A stretch of DNA of 64,000 nt from the NCBI GenBank assembly GCA_947478395.1, contig CANJVR010000004.1:260864-324863 (forward strand), in the 5' to 3' direction. A program made the translations under genes and the position numbers. Under the pieces are notes generated by a model that saw only the letters and a program-made list of their open reading frames with translations, searched no databases and was not told the DNA's origin. Below are positions 1 through 10,798 of this stretch, one piece after another; position 1 is the stretch's first letter, and the number at the start of each line of letters is the position of its first letter. The stretch comes from Opitutia bacterium (lineage in GTDB: Bacteria; Verrucomicrobiota; Verrucomicrobiia; Opitutales; Opitutaceae).

Positions 1-162
1 ATGCTGATGGTGGGTCGCGCGGTGATTTATTCTTCCAACGCCAAGGGCCGAAATCAGAGCGACGTGAACTTTCTGGCGGTTTGGCGGGAAGAGCAGGGCC
101 GCTGGCGCTTCCTCTCGTGGCTCGCGTCCAAAAATCCTCCGCTGGACGGCGGGGCAAAGTGA
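1..162 (+). CDS. 3' end of a probable NTF2-like (DUF4440-type) protein, truncated by the window edge
   Basis: Frame 1 reads MLMVGRAVIYSSNAKGRNQSDVNFLAVWREEQGRWRFLSWLASKNPPLDGGAK*. FLAVWRxExGxWRF is typical of the NTF2/DUF4440 C-terminal strand. Its TGA (160-162) overlaps the next ATG (162). Confidence 0.55.
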   Translation: MLMVGRAVIYSSNAKGRNQSDVNFLAVWREEQGRWRFLSWLASKNPPLDGGAK

Positions 163-1925
163 TGCGCCCTCGATTACCCCATTCATTCGCGATGAAATTT
201 ATTCAATTTTTAGTTTTGGCGGTGGTGCTCGTGAGCGCACGACTGCACGGCGCCGGCGCGCCGCGGCCTAACTTTGTTATCATACTTTCGGATGACATGG
301 GCTATTCGGATCTCGGTAGCTATGGCAGCGAGATCGCGACGCCCCATCTTGACGCCCTTGCGACGAAGGGCGTGCGTTTCACTCAATTCTATAACAACGC
401 ACGCTGTTGCCCGTCGCGGGCCTCGCTGCTCACCGGGTTGTATCCCCACCAAGCTGGCGTCGGCCACATGGTGGAAGATCGTGGGTTCGATGCCTACCGC
501 GGCGAACTGAATGATCGCTGTGTGACGTTGGCTGAAGCGGTGAAACCTGCCGGCTACCGCAACTACGCCGTGGGCAAATGGCACGTGGTTCCGGGCAAGG
601 ACGCCGAGTCTCTCACGCACAAACAAAACTGGCCGCTGCAGCGGGGATTCGACCGCTTCTACGGTACGATCAATGGGTCGGGGAGTTTTTGGGATCCCAA
701 TTCCCTGATCCGCGACAACCGCGAGATCACCATCGCCAACGACCCGGAATATCGCCCGGCGGAATATTACTACACCGATGCCATCAGCGATCAGGCGACG
801 CGTTTTATTGCCGAACACGCGCGAGATCACGCCGACGAGCCCTTCCTGCTTTATGTGGCTTATACCGCGGCCCACTGGCCCATGCACGCGCGTGAGAGCG
901 ACATCGCAAAATATCGCGGGCGTTACGATGCCGGGTATGGTCCGATCGCCGCGGCCCGCTGGGCCAAGCAAAAACAATTGGGCGTTGCTCAGGCGGCCTG
1001 GGGCCTGCCGCCGCCGGCGGAGGATTGGTCCAAAGTAAAGAATCAGGCCTTTGAAGCCAGGGGGATGGAAGTTTACGCCGCGATGGTCGAAGTGATGGAT
1101 GCGGGGATCGGTCGCATCGTCGCCGAGCTGAAAGCCCGCGGTCAGCTCGACAACACCGTTATCTGTTTCATGCAAGACAACGGCGGTTGCGCCGAGACGA
1201 ACGGTCGTATCGGCGAAGCGACGCCCCGCGCCGATCATCCCACGCTGGCCCCGCTCAGCGTCGACACCGCGCAATACGGCAACCAACCGACGCAGACTCG
1301 TGACGGCTGGCCGATTCGCAGCGGCTATGGCGTCATGCCCGGTCCCGCGGACACGTTTGTCGCTTACGGCCGGGGCTGGGCGAATGTCAGCAACACTCCC
1401 TTCCGTGAATATAAACATTGGGTCCAAGAAGGCGGCATTTCGACTCCGCTCATTGTCCATTGGCCCGCTGGCATCGCCCCCGCGCGGCGTGGTCAGCTTG
1501 AGCCGCAGCCCGGTCATTTAATCGATCTGATGGCGACGTGCGTCGATTTGGCTGGCGCGAAATATCCCGCGCAGTTCGGCGGGCACACGATTCAACCCAT
1601 GGAAGGAGTGAGCCTTCGGCCCGCGCTCGCAGGTGAGCCGCTGCCGCGCTCGCAGCCCATCTTTTGGGAGCACGAGGGCAACCGCGCGGTGCGCGATGGA
1701 AAATGGAAACTGGTCTCCAAGTACCCCGAGTCGTGGGCGCTTTATGATATCGAGGCCGACCGCACGGAGCAGCACGACCTTGCCGCTCGTGAATCGGAAC
1801 GGGTGCGCACGATGTCGGCGCAATGGAACGGTTGGGCCGAGCGAATCGGAGTTCAGCCTTGGGCGGCGATCGAAGCGAACGCACCAGGAAAAGCGAACGC
1901 ATCCGGTCGACCGCGCACTCAGTAA
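162..1925 (+). CDS. Arylsulfatase (S1 family, Cys-type), secreted
   Basis: PNFVIILSDDMG, CCPSRASLLTG (CxPxR), GKWH, DNG motifs and an N-terminal signal peptide. Start is 162 (TGATG coupling) or 192 (MKFIQF). Confidence 0.93.
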   Translation: MRPRLPHSFAMKFIQFLVLAVVLVSARLHGAGAPRPNFVIILSDDMGYSDLGSYGSEIATPHLDALATKGVRFTQFYNNARCCPSRASLLTGLYPHQAGVGHMVEDRGFDAYRGELNDRCVTLAEAVKPAGYRNYAVGKWHVVPGKDAESLTHKQNWPLQRGFDRFYGTINGSGSFWDPNSLIRDNREITIANDPEYRPAEYYYTDAISDQATRFIAEHARDHADEPFLLYVAYTAAHWPMHARESDIAKYRGRYDAGYGPIAAARWAKQKQLGVAQAAWGLPPPAEDWSKVKNQAFEARGMEVYAAMVEVMDAGIGRIVAELKARGQLDNTVICFMQDNGGCAETNGRIGEATPRADHPTLAPLSVDTAQYGNQPTQTRDGWPIRSGYGVMPGPADTFVAYGRGWANVSNTPFREYKHWVQEGGISTPLIVHWPAGIAPARRGQLEPQPGHLIDLMATCVDLAGAKYPAQFGGHTIQPMEGVSLRPALAGEPLPRSQPIFWEHEGNRAVRDGKWKLVSKYPESWALYDIEADRTEQHDLAARESERVRTMSAQWNGWAERIGVQPWAAIEANAPGKANASGRPRTQ

Positions 1926-1935
1926 TTTTTATCGC

Positions 1936-3240
1936 ATGAATTTCCCCCTCCTCATCAACGCTGCAGATCCATCGGGCACCGCGGAGGCGTCATGCCCTCC
2001 TCGTAGTTTTTGGCGGCGCCCGCGTTCTTCGTGGCAGCGATTCATTGCCGGCGTCCTGGTCGTTGCGACCGGGCTCAGCCTCGCGGAGGAAAAGGTCGCG
2101 GCCGCCGCCGATTCTAGTCCGCCGCTGCGCGCGGTGATCGCCCAGGCCCTCACCCAATCTGCCGACCAGTACACTTGGATGCTGGCGCATCTTCCGGACC
2201 AAAATCGAATGCCCCGCACCATCGAGAAGGGGAAATTGGTGACCATCTTGGAGCGTGATTGGACCGCGGGATTTTTTCCGGGTTCGTTGTGGTACCTCTT
2301 CGAAGCTACCGGGGACTCCAAGTGGCGAGCGGCTGCCCAGCACTTCACTCAACTGCTCGAGGGAGAACGCCTCAATCGCACGACTCACGATGTCGGCTTC
2401 ATCTTGAACAGCAGTTTTGGGAATGGCCTCCGTCTGACCCAGAATCCGGCCTACCGCTTGGTCCTGCTCGAGGGCGCTGAATCCCTGAGCACGCGCTATT
2501 CCCCCGTGGTCCGCAGCATCAAGTCATGGGACCGCAGTCCCACCGAATACACGTATCCCGTTATCATCGACAACATGATGAACTTGGAACTGCTCCTGTG
2601 GGCGGCGCGTTCCGGCGGGAATTCCCGGCTGCGGGAAATTGCGGTCGCGCACGCCGACACCACTCTGGCGAATCACTTTCGGCCGGACGGCAGTACCTTT
2701 CACGTGGTCGATTACGATACGGCGACGGGCCGGGTATTGAGACGCATCACGCATCAAGGCACGGCGGACAGTTCTGCTTGGGCCCGGGGGCAATCTTGGA
2801 GCCTATATGGATTCACGATGATGTACCGGGAAACCAAGGACGTCCGGTATTTGCAGGCAGCCGAAAAGGTGGCGGAATTTCTCATGAATCACCCGCGTCT
2901 GCCCGCGGACAAAGTTCCCTATTGGGATTATGATGCGCCGGGACAGCCGAACGCGCCGCGCGATTCGTCCGCCGCGGCCATCATGTGCTCGGGCCTCTTT
3001 GAGCTCGCCCGCTTCGCCGCGGCCGCGCCGGCGGCTCGCTATCTGGCTTTTGCCGAAGCTCAGCTGCGCTCGCTGGCGTCGGATGCTTATCTGGCTGAGC
3101 CCGGGACCAACGGTGGTTTTCTGCTCAAGCACGCCACCGGTAATTTCCCGAAAAACACCGAGGTTGATGGCCCGATTGACTACGCGGATTACTATTTTAT
3201 CGAGGCGCTGATGCGGGCCCGGGAGGTCGCCGCCAAATGA
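1936..3240 (+). CDS. Unsaturated glucuronyl hydrolase (GH88)
   Basis: WTAGFFPGSLW, THDVGF, SWD, IIDNMMNLELL, WARGQSW, DSSAAAI and YADYYFIEAL motifs. Start moved to ATG 1936 because the ORF-track extension overlaps the upstream sulfatase. Confidence 0.9.
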   Translation: MNFPLLINAADPSGTAEASCPPRSFWRRPRSSWQRFIAGVLVVATGLSLAEEKVAAAADSSPPLRAVIAQALTQSADQYTWMLAHLPDQNRMPRTIEKGKLVTILERDWTAGFFPGSLWYLFEATGDSKWRAAAQHFTQLLEGERLNRTTHDVGFILNSSFGNGLRLTQNPAYRLVLLEGAESLSTRYSPVVRSIKSWDRSPTEYTYPVIIDNMMNLELLLWAARSGGNSRLREIAVAHADTTLANHFRPDGSTFHVVDYDTATGRVLRRITHQGTADSSAWARGQSWSLYGFTMMYRETKDVRYLQAAEKVAEFLMNHPRLPADKVPYWDYDAPGQPNAPRDSSAAAIMCSGLFELARFAAAAPAARYLAFAEAQLRSLASDAYLAEPGTNGGFLLKHATGNFPKNTEVDGPIDYADYYFIEALMRAREVAAK

Positions 3241-4703
3241 GCGCGCGAACGAATTTTTTGTTTTGGCGGTCGGTGATGCTCGCTTTCGCCGGCGTGATGC
3301 TCGGCCGGCCCGACGGGAGAGCCGAAGCGGCTGGAGCGCGGGTGAATGTCCTCCTGATCGTGGTCGACGATCTCAATCTGTCGCTCGGGTGCTACGGAAA
3401 CACGACCGTCAAGACGCCCAACATTGACCGCCTCGCGGCCCGCGGTGCGCGATTTGATCGCTCCTACTGCCAATACCCGCTTTGCAATCCAAGCCGGGTA
3501 TCGTTCCTGAGTGGACGCCGGCCGGAAACCACGGGCGTATACGTGTTGACGACCACCGCTCGCGAGGCGGTTCCCGCCGCCACGATGTTGCCGCAATTTT
3601 TTCGTGGGCACGGCTACTTCAGCGCTGGCGCCGGCAAAGTATTTCATAACGCCAAGGTCAGCGACGCCGCATCATGGGATTTCTACGAAGACCTTCCGCC
3701 CGAGGACGCAGAGGAAAAGGCCGCGATCGAAACTCGTTATGGCGGCGGTGACGGCCGCCCTCGTGCCTACCGGCTCACCACCGATGGATCCCTCACGCGC
3801 GACGGAAAAAACGTGCGCACCATTTTAGGCCTGATGGCGGAGAAGTCCGCCGCTGGTCAGCCGTTTTTCCTGGCGGCAGGTTTCCACAAGCCGCACCTGC
3901 CGTGGACGGCGCCCGGAAAATTCTTCGATCTTTACCCCGCCGGAAGCATGGTGCCGCCGAACGAGCCGGCGCTCGAAGGCGTGCCCCTGATCGCGCAGCA
4001 AACGGAGCTCTCGGGTTTCGCGCAGCCGGATTCGCGGGAGGAGGCGATGCGAGGCTATTACGCGTGCGTATCGTTTACCGATGCGCATGTGGGCATGCTG
4101 CTCGATCAGCTCGACCGGCTTGATCTCTGGAAATCGACCGTCGTCGTGCTGATGGGGGACAACGGATTTCACCTCGGGGACCACGGCGGGTTGTGGGCGA
4201 AGCTCAGTGCGTTCGACGCCTCGACCCACGTCCCGCTCTTGATCGCCGGCGCCGGCGTTGAACGCGGCCGAGTGATTAGCGCCCCGGTCGAACTATTGGA
4301 CGTATATCCGACTCTCGCCGCGCTCGCCGGGCTGAAGGCGCCCGACGGTTTGGAGGGACGGTCGCTCGTTCCATTGCTGCAAGGTCGCGCTCAGCCGGAT
4401 ACGCGCACGGCCTCGAGTTTGGTTTTTCATTATGACGTCGCGCGACAGACCGATGTGATGGGGCGCACGGTCATCACCGACCAGTGGCGTTTCACCGAAT
4501 GGGATGAGGGACGCGCCGGGAGCGAACTCTATTGGCGCACCGACGATCCCTTGGAGTACCACAACCGCTACGCGGATTCCGATTCGCGCTTTGCTGCGGC
4601 CCGAAGGGCGGGCGTGGCGCTGCTGCATGCCACGCCGGCACCCAAGGCGGGCCCCGCCGAGCGTCCCCGCGCCCTCTTGCCCGCGGCAGCTAAAGCGCCC
4701 TAA
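3237..4703 (+). CDS. Sulfatase, iduronate-2-sulfatase-like
   Basis: NVLLIVVDDL, LCNPSRVSFLSG, GKVFH, GFHKPHLP and GDNGFHLGDHG motifs; ATGA overlap with GH88. Confidence 0.92.
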   Translation: MSARTNFLFWRSVMLAFAGVMLGRPDGRAEAAGARVNVLLIVVDDLNLSLGCYGNTTVKTPNIDRLAARGARFDRSYCQYPLCNPSRVSFLSGRRPETTGVYVLTTTAREAVPAATMLPQFFRGHGYFSAGAGKVFHNAKVSDAASWDFYEDLPPEDAEEKAAIETRYGGGDGRPRAYRLTTDGSLTRDGKNVRTILGLMAEKSAAGQPFFLAAGFHKPHLPWTAPGKFFDLYPAGSMVPPNEPALEGVPLIAQQTELSGFAQPDSREEAMRGYYACVSFTDAHVGMLLDQLDRLDLWKSTVVVLMGDNGFHLGDHGGLWAKLSAFDASTHVPLLIAGAGVERGRVISAPVELLDVYPTLAALAGLKAPDGLEGRSLVPLLQGRAQPDTRTASSLVFHYDVARQTDVMGRTVITDQWRFTEWDEGRAGSELYWRTDDPLEYHNRYADSDSRFAAARRAGVALLHATPAPKAGPAERPRALLPAAAKAP

Positions 4704-4737
4704 CCGTCGCCCTGTTCGCACGACCTCCATCGTTCCC

Positions 4738-6654
4738 GTGAAAATCTTTGCTGAACTATCTTCTGATATTGCCGGGGCTCATTCGGGCCCACGCGCTCGG
4801 GGTAGATGGCGCGTGAGCACGGCACTTTGGATGGGCGTATTGGTCGCATCGATCGTTCAGGGCGCGGTGCCGTCGACAGAAAACGAATTTCGGAAAACAG
4901 ATCCGGTCGTCGCCGTGCACCTCACGTTGCCGCAGGGTATCACTCAGGTGGAACTACGCTTCCGCAGCGCGCGAAATCAGCCGATGAGTAAGATTTCCGA
5001 TATCTCACCGCGGCACCCGGCGCCCGAAACCGTTTTGCCGAATCCGAAACCCGATCGAGAAGTGTGGTATCCGGTGGTCGATCTCGCGTTGAACGCGGGC
5101 ATGGCCGGTGCGCTCACGTGGCGAGTCGCGCCACGCGTGGTGGCCGTCAACCACCACTTCCACAATCAGACGGAAAACGTCGCCCGGGAAATGACGGTCG
5201 ATGCCGGACTGCTGGAGTCCTGGGAAAATAATGTGTACTGCGAGCCGGCAGTTGCCCTTGAGGATTTTTATCTCCGGGCGGTGGTGCCGGTCGTTGACGG
5301 TCGGCTCAACTATGCTGTGCAAGCGCTCGGTTCGGCGTGGGCTGGTACCGTGACGATGGTTGAGGCGGGGACCGGCCAGGAGGCCGTCGTCGCCCGTTTC
5401 GAAGCTGCGTTGCCCAGCCCGTCCGCATCCCGCCCCGAAGTTCGTCCCGTCTTGGCCAAAGAACGCTTGGAAGAATCGCTCGTGGCCTCCGTCGAATATC
5501 TTTTGCGGTCGCAGAACCGAAATTTGGCGAGTCCAACTTTCGGGGGGTTGCACCTCTTCTATGATCTCGAGGCCCAGACCTACCGCTCCTCGTACTGGAT
5601 ATGGGGCGGTGGACCAGCCGTCTCCGCTCTACTCGCGGCGGAAAAGATTCCTGCCGTCACGCGCCTGTTCCCCCCGCAATATTTAACGGCTCGGGCCGAC
5701 GAAGTGGGGCGCAGCACGTTGGCGCTGCGCATCATGGAACCGGGTCATCCCGCGTATGGAATCCCTATTTCGCGCTGGCGCCGGGCGATCGATCTGCCGT
5801 TCGGATTCGAGCAGTGTGCGGCTCCGTCGGACGCAAATTTTCTATCGGGTTGGTCTTGGCTGCCCCTTTATCGCGCGACCGGAAACAGCGAATACCTCAA
5901 GGCCGCCGAACTTTTGGCCGAGTCGACGGCGCGCTTGATGAAAGAGTACGAGTTGATCCCGCAGGATTACTACGTCGATCGGCGCGAATGGTCCGAGCAT
6001 ACGATCGATGAATCCGGTTTCGGCGTGGAGGGTCTGCGCGCGCTCTATGAAACCACCGGCGATAAGCGTTACCAGCAACAGGTCGTGGATTACATGGCGC
6101 AGCACCTGGCCAAGCTCGCGCGAACCGACGGCTTGTGGGAACGCGGTTGGAATCGCCGCACGGGTGTGATGCCGACGATCCGCATGACGCGGGGTCTTGG
6201 CTGGGCGATGGAGGGCTTGCTCGCTGCTCACGAAGCGGTGCCCACCGGAAATTATTTGGAGTCAGCGAAAAAACTGGCGGAGCAGATGGCCCAATGGCAG
6301 CGCGCCGACGGCAGCTGGGTTTTCATCGCGGACCAGACCGTGGAGAAGCAGGGAATCAGCGAAAAAGGGACCGCGCTGTGGTCGCTGCTCCACTACCGGC
6401 TATATCGCGCGACGGGCGATCAGCGCCATCTCGCCGTTGCCCGCAAAGCGCTCGGGTGGTGTGTCGCCAATCAATATCACGGTCCAGATCCCGCAGCGGC
6501 GGGCGGGATTGTGGGCATGACGGAACACTCGGCGGTCGGCGCCGGGCACCGCGCCTGGTTCAGGGTGACTTGCGCCTACACCACCGCGTTCGCCGCGCTG
6601 GCGATCATCGAAGAGTTAAACCTGCAGGCGCTCGGCCAAGGAGTCACCGGATGA
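4738..6654 (+). CDS. Uncharacterised secreted protein with a probable C-terminal (alpha/alpha)6 toroid (glycosidase/lyase/epimerase-like)
   Basis: Helical repeats LYRATGNSEYL, LYETTGDKRY, LYRATGDQRHL; RGLGWAMEGL and QRADGSW; hydrophobic N-terminal segment. Start uncertain (GTG 4738 chosen). Confidence 0.65.
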   Translation: MKIFAELSSDIAGAHSGPRARGRWRVSTALWMGVLVASIVQGAVPSTENEFRKTDPVVAVHLTLPQGITQVELRFRSARNQPMSKISDISPRHPAPETVLPNPKPDREVWYPVVDLALNAGMAGALTWRVAPRVVAVNHHFHNQTENVAREMTVDAGLLESWENNVYCEPAVALEDFYLRAVVPVVDGRLNYAVQALGSAWAGTVTMVEAGTGQEAVVARFEAALPSPSASRPEVRPVLAKERLEESLVASVEYLLRSQNRNLASPTFGGLHLFYDLEAQTYRSSYWIWGGGPAVSALLAAEKIPAVTRLFPPQYLTARADEVGRSTLALRIMEPGHPAYGIPISRWRRAIDLPFGFEQCAAPSDANFLSGWSWLPLYRATGNSEYLKAAELLAESTARLMKEYELIPQDYYVDRREWSEHTIDESGFGVEGLRALYETTGDKRYQQQVVDYMAQHLAKLARTDGLWERGWNRRTGVMPTIRMTRGLGWAMEGLLAAHEAVPTGNYLESAKKLAEQMAQWQRADGSWVFIADQTVEKQGISEKGTALWSLLHYRLYRATGDQRHLAVARKALGWCVANQYHGPDPAAAGGIVGMTEHSAVGAGHRAWFRVTCAYTTAFAALAIIEELNLQALGQGVTG

Positions 6655-6760
6655 CGCTCAACGCTTTATTTCCGCGCCCGCTTTCCGCCGGCTGCCGAAT
6701 CGCTCCATGTGCGTAAGCTTGTCCCCGACCAAAATATTTTTTTAGAACCCAAACAACACT

Positions 6761-9199
6761 ATGACCACACACTACAGACTAAATTCCGACCGGTTGAAGC
6801 CGTTTGCTTTCCTTCTGGTCCTCGTTTCTTCCAGCTTGCTGGCTCAAACGCAGAAGCCGACGCCGCCCGATGCGGACCTCGTGACGCTCTCGCCGTTTGA
6901 AGTGAAGACGGAGCCCAACCGCGGTTATTCCGCTTCCGAAACCATGAGCGGTAGTCGCGTTAAGACTCCGATCGCCGATCTGCCCTACACGGTCAACGTT
7001 CTGACCAGCGAGTTCTTCTCGGACTTCGGTCTGTTTACGCTCTCCGACAATTTGACCCAAATCGGTAATTTCACCGGGCTGGATATCGGCGGAAACTTCA
7101 ATCTCCGGGGATTTTCGTCGTCGAATCAACTTCGTGACGGGTTTTTCCGGCTGGGCCGCTATGGCTCAAGCAACATCGACCGCCTCGAAATCATCAAGGG
7201 CTCCAACGCCGCCATCTACGGGCGCACATCGCCTGGTGGTATGGTCAACTTCATCTCCAAGCAGCCGAAAGCGGAGGCAAAGCAGACGTTGATTTTCAAC
7301 TATGGTGACTACGGGACCCAGCGGACCACGCTTGAGGCGACGGGACCTGTATTCCAGAGCGTCTTAGGCAAAACCAACTTTGTGCTGACCGGCAGTCTCT
7401 ACCAGCGGGATTTCGATCAGGAATACGCCCGGGACCGGAATCAGGAGTATTACTTCGCCGCCGATCACGTTTTCGGGGACGGCTCGAAAGTGTTTTTCTC
7501 CGCGGAATATTTCCTCCAACTGCGTCACTCCCCGCTGGCGGCGATCCCGCTCGTGACCGATCAGAAAGGCACCGCCACCACCACGGACGATGTGGCCGTT
7601 GGGTACGCGTTAAACTTGGGCAAGTATAACGCGTTCGGCCCGGTGACGGAGCTCAACCGGGGCAACATTTCCTACACCGGGATCTACGAAAAGAAGTTCA
7701 ATTCGATCTTCAGCGCGCGTTTCTCGGGCAACTATTCGCGGGCTCGTCGCTGGGATTACAATTTTAACACGGCGTGGGGCAGCATCTCTATTAATCCCGC
7801 GGTCGCGACCACCGCGGTGAGCACGTTGCGCGGTGCAACGCCGAACCGTGGCCGAATCTACGAGGACACCGGCGGCTTCCAAGGCGATCTGCTCGCCCAG
7901 TACCGCACGAACGGCGGAGCCATCGAACATCGCACGCTGCTGACGTTTGATATGAACGATTATTATCGCTGGGACCCGACGCGTTCTTACGCGGGCGCGA
8001 CCGATCCCGACATCATCGCCTGGAATACGGCGCGCCGCGTCATCCTCGACGCCAATCTTAACCCGGTAAGCGCCATCAGCTATTTTCCCAAGCGGAGTCA
8101 GGAATCGCCCGGCGAAGTTCAGACTCGCAACACCAAGCGCCGCACGACGGTCACCGGCGGTCTCCTGCGCCAGCAGTCGGCGTTCTTCCAAGGGCGTTTG
8201 CTCGCGTTCGCCGGCGTGCGCTACGATTCCGTTCGCTACCGCCATCATGACAATCTGGCCAGCGCCACGGCCAACACCGCGGACTACGCTCTCTTCCGCA
8301 CGTACGACCCGACGTACACCACGGGCAAGCTGATCGAGAAAAAGTTTACGCAGCTAAAACCCAACACCGGTTTGAACTTTAAGGTGACCCAGAATTTCCG
8401 GGTCTACGCGAGTTACAGCCAGAGCTTCTTCGTCGCCCAGGGCGACAACCCGGTCGACATCGCGGATCCGACCTACAAGTCCGAGCGGGCCGATGGTTAC
8501 GATTACGGCTTCAAGGGCTCGTTCCTCGACAACCGCCTCAATTACACCGTCAGCGGATTCTACGCTCGGCGCGAAAATGTTTCCGTGACCGATCTGGTGG
8601 AATCTCCGCTCGGCTCCGGCAATTTCGTCACACAGACGCGCCGCGACGGCAATCAACTCGTGCGCGGCTTCGAGGGCGATTTGAACTGGCTGATAACGGA
8701 TGAACTCTCGTTCCTCGTCAGTTACGGCCATGTGCACTCGATCTACACGGATTTCGGTGCGGCTTCTCCGCTCGCGATTGGCCGCTCGGTGGCATTCATG
8801 GCGCCGTACAACGGCAGCGTTAGCCTCAAATACGCCCCGCTGCGCCACGGCTTGAAAGGCTTCTCCGCCAACGTGGGCGTGACGTTTGTGGGTTCGACTC
8901 CGACTGAACTGCCCAATGCCGGCGACGTTTACACCACCACGTCCACGGGCGCGCGAGTTCTCACGAGCTCCACCTACCAATGGCGCTTGAGTGCGCCGTC
9001 CTACAATCTGTGGAGCGCGGGCGCGCGGTACAGTTTCGCGGCCGGCCCCAACTACACCCATACGGTCGCGCTGAACGTCAACAACGTGTTCGACAAATTC
9101 TACCTCCGCGCGGGCGCCGCGGCCGCCAACCGCCTCCTCGGCGAAAAACGTGCGTTCTACCTCACGTACACGCTCAGCCATAAAGGCACGAAGTTCTAA
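6761..9199 (+). CDS. TonB-dependent receptor
   Basis: Signal peptide, VTLSPFEV N-terminal motif, plug motifs (NLRGF, NIDRLEIIKGSNAAIYG, PGGMVN), LNVNNVFDK near the end and a C-terminal Phe. Confidence 0.93.
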   Translation: MTTHYRLNSDRLKPFAFLLVLVSSSLLAQTQKPTPPDADLVTLSPFEVKTEPNRGYSASETMSGSRVKTPIADLPYTVNVLTSEFFSDFGLFTLSDNLTQIGNFTGLDIGGNFNLRGFSSSNQLRDGFFRLGRYGSSNIDRLEIIKGSNAAIYGRTSPGGMVNFISKQPKAEAKQTLIFNYGDYGTQRTTLEATGPVFQSVLGKTNFVLTGSLYQRDFDQEYARDRNQEYYFAADHVFGDGSKVFFSAEYFLQLRHSPLAAIPLVTDQKGTATTTDDVAVGYALNLGKYNAFGPVTELNRGNISYTGIYEKKFNSIFSARFSGNYSRARRWDYNFNTAWGSISINPAVATTAVSTLRGATPNRGRIYEDTGGFQGDLLAQYRTNGGAIEHRTLLTFDMNDYYRWDPTRSYAGATDPDIIAWNTARRVILDANLNPVSAISYFPKRSQESPGEVQTRNTKRRTTVTGGLLRQQSAFFQGRLLAFAGVRYDSVRYRHHDNLASATANTADYALFRTYDPTYTTGKLIEKKFTQLKPNTGLNFKVTQNFRVYASYSQSFFVAQGDNPVDIADPTYKSERADGYDYGFKGSFLDNRLNYTVSGFYARRENVSVTDLVESPLGSGNFVTQTRRDGNQLVRGFEGDLNWLITDELSFLVSYGHVHSIYTDFGAASPLAIGRSVAFMAPYNGSVSLKYAPLRHGLKGFSANVGVTFVGSTPTELPNAGDVYTTTSTGARVLTSSTYQWRLSAPSYNLWSAGARYSFAAGPNYTHTVALNVNNVFDKFYLRAGAAAANRLLGEKRAFYLTYTLSHKGTKF

Positions 9200-9216
9200 C
9201 CGGCCGACATTTCTCC

Positions 9217-10752
9217 ATGAAACTCGCTTACTATCTCGCGCTCTTCGCGTGTCCGCTGGGTCTGACCCCGGGCCTGCGCGCGGCGTCGGAAGCGCCGACC
9301 CGGCCGAATATCGTGTTCATCGCCGTGGACGATCTCCGACCGGAGCTCGGCTGTTACGGCAAAGACTACATCAAGAGTCCGAACATCGACCGTCTCGCGA
9401 AATCCGGCATCACGTTCAACCATGCGTACTGCCAGCAGGCGGTTTGCTCACCGACGCGCTCCAGCCTGATGACCGGTACTCGTCCCGATACGACGAAAGT
9501 CTGGGATCTTGTTACGCACTTTCGTGCGGCCCTGCCTGACGTCGTCACGCTTGGTCAGCACTTCAAAAACAACGGCTACTTCGTCCAAGGGATGGGGAAG
9601 ATTTATCACGGCAATTACGACGATGCACCGAGCTGGTCCGTGCCGTGGGGCACACCGCAAGCGGTGAAATATGCGCTGCCGGAAAATCGGAAGCTCGACG
9701 GCCGGCAGTTCGAAGGCGAACCGGACGAAGACGCCAAGATGACCGCGGAAGCGAAAGCAGCCCGGGATGCGGCGGGACTGCCGACTTCGAAGATGAATTC
9801 GCGGGGACCGGCGTTTGAAGGCGCCGATGTGCCCGATAACACGTTCCAAGACGGCAAAGTCGCCGAGCTCGCGATCGCGACGTTGCAGTCGATGAGTCAG
9901 AAGAAGGAGCCGTTCTTCCTCGCGATTGGTTTTATCAAACCTCATCTGCCCTTCGTGGCGCCGAAGAAGTACTGGGATTTGTACGATCCGAAAAAAATCG
10001 AGCTGGCGCCGAACAAGTTTCGCGCCACCGACTCGCCCGACTACGCGGTGCAACCTGGCGGCGAATTGCGCAACTACGACGGGATTCCGTTGGGTTCTCT
10101 GCCCGATGACCTCGCCCGTCAGCTCAAGCATGGGTATTACGCGGCAGTGAGCTACACCGACGCGCAGGTTGGGAAAGTCATGGCGGAGTTGGATCGTCTG
10201 GGCTTGCGCAAGAATACCATCGTCATCCTTTGGGGCGACCACGGTTGGAAACTCGGCGAGCACGATGCGTGGTGCAAACACACCACCACCGAAAACGACA
10301 CCAATGCGCCTCTGATTCTGTCAGTGCCGGACATGAAGAACGCCGGAGCGCACACGAATTCCTTTGTGGAATTCGTCGATATCTATCCGACCCTCTCGGA
10401 ACTCGCCGGACTGCCGCTGCCGAAACATCTCGAAGGTCTCAGTTTCAAGCCGCTGCTCGAAAACCCGGAGCGCCCGTGGAAACAGGCGGCGTTCAGCCAG
10501 TACCCGCGCACGCAAAAAGGCGGGCTCATGGGCTACTCCATGCGCACCGATCGCTATCGGCTCACGGTGTGGGTCGCCCGCGACGATCACGCCAAGATCG
10601 ATGCGGTCGAATTGTACGACGAGCTCAAGGATCCGCAGGAGAACGCGAACATCGCCAACGATCCCAAAAACCGCGAACTCGTAGCGAAGCTCATGGCGCA
10701 ATGGCGCCAAGGTCCGGCCGGGGCGCTCCCGACGATCGCTCGAGTTCCGTAA
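9217..10752 (+). CDS. Sulfatase, iduronate-2-sulfatase-like
   Basis: PNIVFIAVDDLRPELG, VCSPTRSSLMTG, GKIYH, KPHLPF, WGDHGWKLGEH; signal peptide. Confidence 0.93.
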   Translation: MKLAYYLALFACPLGLTPGLRAASEAPTRPNIVFIAVDDLRPELGCYGKDYIKSPNIDRLAKSGITFNHAYCQQAVCSPTRSSLMTGTRPDTTKVWDLVTHFRAALPDVVTLGQHFKNNGYFVQGMGKIYHGNYDDAPSWSVPWGTPQAVKYALPENRKLDGRQFEGEPDEDAKMTAEAKAARDAAGLPTSKMNSRGPAFEGADVPDNTFQDGKVAELAIATLQSMSQKKEPFFLAIGFIKPHLPFVAPKKYWDLYDPKKIELAPNKFRATDSPDYAVQPGGELRNYDGIPLGSLPDDLARQLKHGYYAAVSYTDAQVGKVMAELDRLGLRKNTIVILWGDHGWKLGEHDAWCKHTTTENDTNAPLILSVPDMKNAGAHTNSFVEFVDIYPTLSELAGLPLPKHLEGLSFKPLLENPERPWKQAAFSQYPRTQKGGLMGYSMRTDRYRLTVWVARDDHAKIDAVELYDELKDPQENANIANDPKNRELVAKLMAQWRQGPAGALPTIARVP

Positions 10753-10798
10753 GGCGACACGGACGGCATGCCCCGCGCTGGTGTCGTCCATTCTCCCC

